Part shown: positions 31,323 to 32,000 of the stretch, piece by piece
Layout of the letters: every line of letters begins with the position of its first letter
Numbering within the stretch: the stretch's first letter is position 1
Assembly (NCBI RefSeq): GCF_000009965.1
Contig: NC_006624.1
Location: 810,001 to 842,000, forward strand
Origin: Thermococcus kodakarensis KOD1
GTDB taxonomy: Archaea; Methanobacteriota_B; Thermococci; Thermococcales; Thermococcaceae
Direction: 5' to 3'
DNA: 32,000 bases
Translations under genes and position numbers: made by a program
Notes under the pieces: model-generated
What the model saw: only the letters and a program-made list of their open reading frames with translations
Told to the model about the DNA's origin: nothing
The model's database searches: none

Positions 31323-32000
31323 CATCCTTCGCGAGGTCGTCTTTCCCAACCTCGGAGTGGAGGATAGTAAGGTAGTCTACGGGCCTAGGGAGGGCTTTGA
31401 CTCGGCTGTTCTTGAATACGACGATGAACACTACCTCGTGGTTGCTACAGATCCAACGCTCGGCGTTCCGGAGGAGACATTCGGCTTCTTTACCTACCAC
31501 TTCGCCTCAAGTGACGTGGCGGTTTTCGGGGCGAGGCCGAGGTGGCTCGTCGTTGACCTCCTCTTCCCCGAAGGGACTTCGAGGGAATTCCTTGAGGCAA
31601 CGATGAAAGACCTGAACGCCGAATGCCGCAAGTACGGGTCAGCAATAGTTGGTGGCCACACTGGTGTTTATCCGAGCATCTCAGAGCCAACCGCTACGAC
31701 AACTGCCATGGGCATAGTCAGGAAAGGCGAGCTGAAGCTCCCCCTCGCCAAGCCAGGAGATAAAATAGTCGTGACGGCTAAGGTCGGCCTTGAGTTCGCT
31801 GTTTCAGCGGCCTACTTTAGGGCAGACGAGCTTTCAAAGGTTCTGACCAAAAAAGAGCTCATGAGGCTCAAGCGCTCTTTCTACTTTGAAACGGCTGTTC
31901 CCGACGCACTAGTGGCTAAACCCTTTGTGAGGGGCATGCACGATGCAACAGAGGGCGGTTTAACGGCCCTCCACGAGATAGCGGACAACTCTGGAGTTGG
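31294..32000 (+). CDS. AIR-synthase-related (PurM/ThiL/HypE/SelD-like) protein, N-terminal 235 codons; continues past the right edge
   Basis: It is absent from the ORF track because there is no in-window stop. Manual translation from ATG 31294 gives MLPPGKLRNDILREVVFPNLGVEDSKVVYGPREGFDSAVLEYDDEHYLVVATDPTLG...IVGGHTGVY...MHDATEGGLTALHEIADNSGV, open to the window end. It overlaps the PP-loop gene by 29 nt. Confidence 0.8.
   Translation, partial: MLPPGKLRNDILREVVFPNLGVEDSKVVYGPREGFDSAVLEYDDEHYLVVATDPTLGVPEETFGFFTYHFASSDVAVFGARPRWLVVDLLFPEGTSREFLEATMKDLNAECRKYGSAIVGGHTGVYPSISEPTATTTAMGIVRKGELKLPLAKPGDKIVVTAKVGLEFAVSAAYFRADELSKVLTKKELMRLKRSFYFETAVPDALVAKPFVRGMHDATEGGLTALHEIADNSGV

Overview
The window looks like a densely packed chromosomal segment of a Thermococcales archaeon, probably Thermococcus-like. 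I infer this from the protein families, GGTGA-type Shine-Dalgarno sequences, A/T-rich TATA-bearing intergenic regions, and a 30-nt CRISPR repeat ending in ATTGAAAG. I support 31 protein-coding genes and found no tRNA or rRNA. From left to right: (1) an IS200/IS605 element (tnpA plus an intact tnpB that runs off the left edge, so the ORF track missed it); (2) an Sm-like gene and mobB; (3) a TAXI-TRAP transporter operon (binding protein, DUF1850, fused permease); (4) an unlisted 49-aa ORF; (5) beta-RFAP synthase and the AGOG 8-oxoguanine glycosylase; (6) an ABC-2 exporter pair; (7) ADP-forming acetyl-CoA synthetase alpha and beta; (8) a cluster of unknown function (pol-beta-type nucleotidyltransferase, a 140-aa protein, an all-alpha TPR-like protein); (9) Sua5, a GT4 glycosyltransferase, an AsnB-like amidotransferase, a GPN-loop GTPase and MinD on the minus strand; (10) a PIN-KH ATPase and Maf; (11) a 37-repeat CRISPR array with its leader but no cas genes in the window; (12) an NDP-sugar nucleotidyltransferase; (13) a feoA-feoB-feoC-like operon; (14) a DUF4870-like membrane protein; (15) an overlapping pair of PP-loop ATPase and AIR-synthase-related protein, the second of which runs off the right edge and was also missed by the ORF track. 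I did not find a convincing new multi-gene defence or other system. The observations most worth follow-up are: the mosaic repeat structure of the CRISPR array, including a block that changes the crRNA 5' tag; a DtxR-type operator and an archaeal FeoC-like gene at the feo locus; a 26-nt perfect palindrome between feoC-like and the next gene; an identical 13-nt initiation cassette at three or four unrelated genes; the unlisted small ORF; and the PP-loop/PurM-like gene pair. All family assignments come from reading motifs by eye, with no database search.
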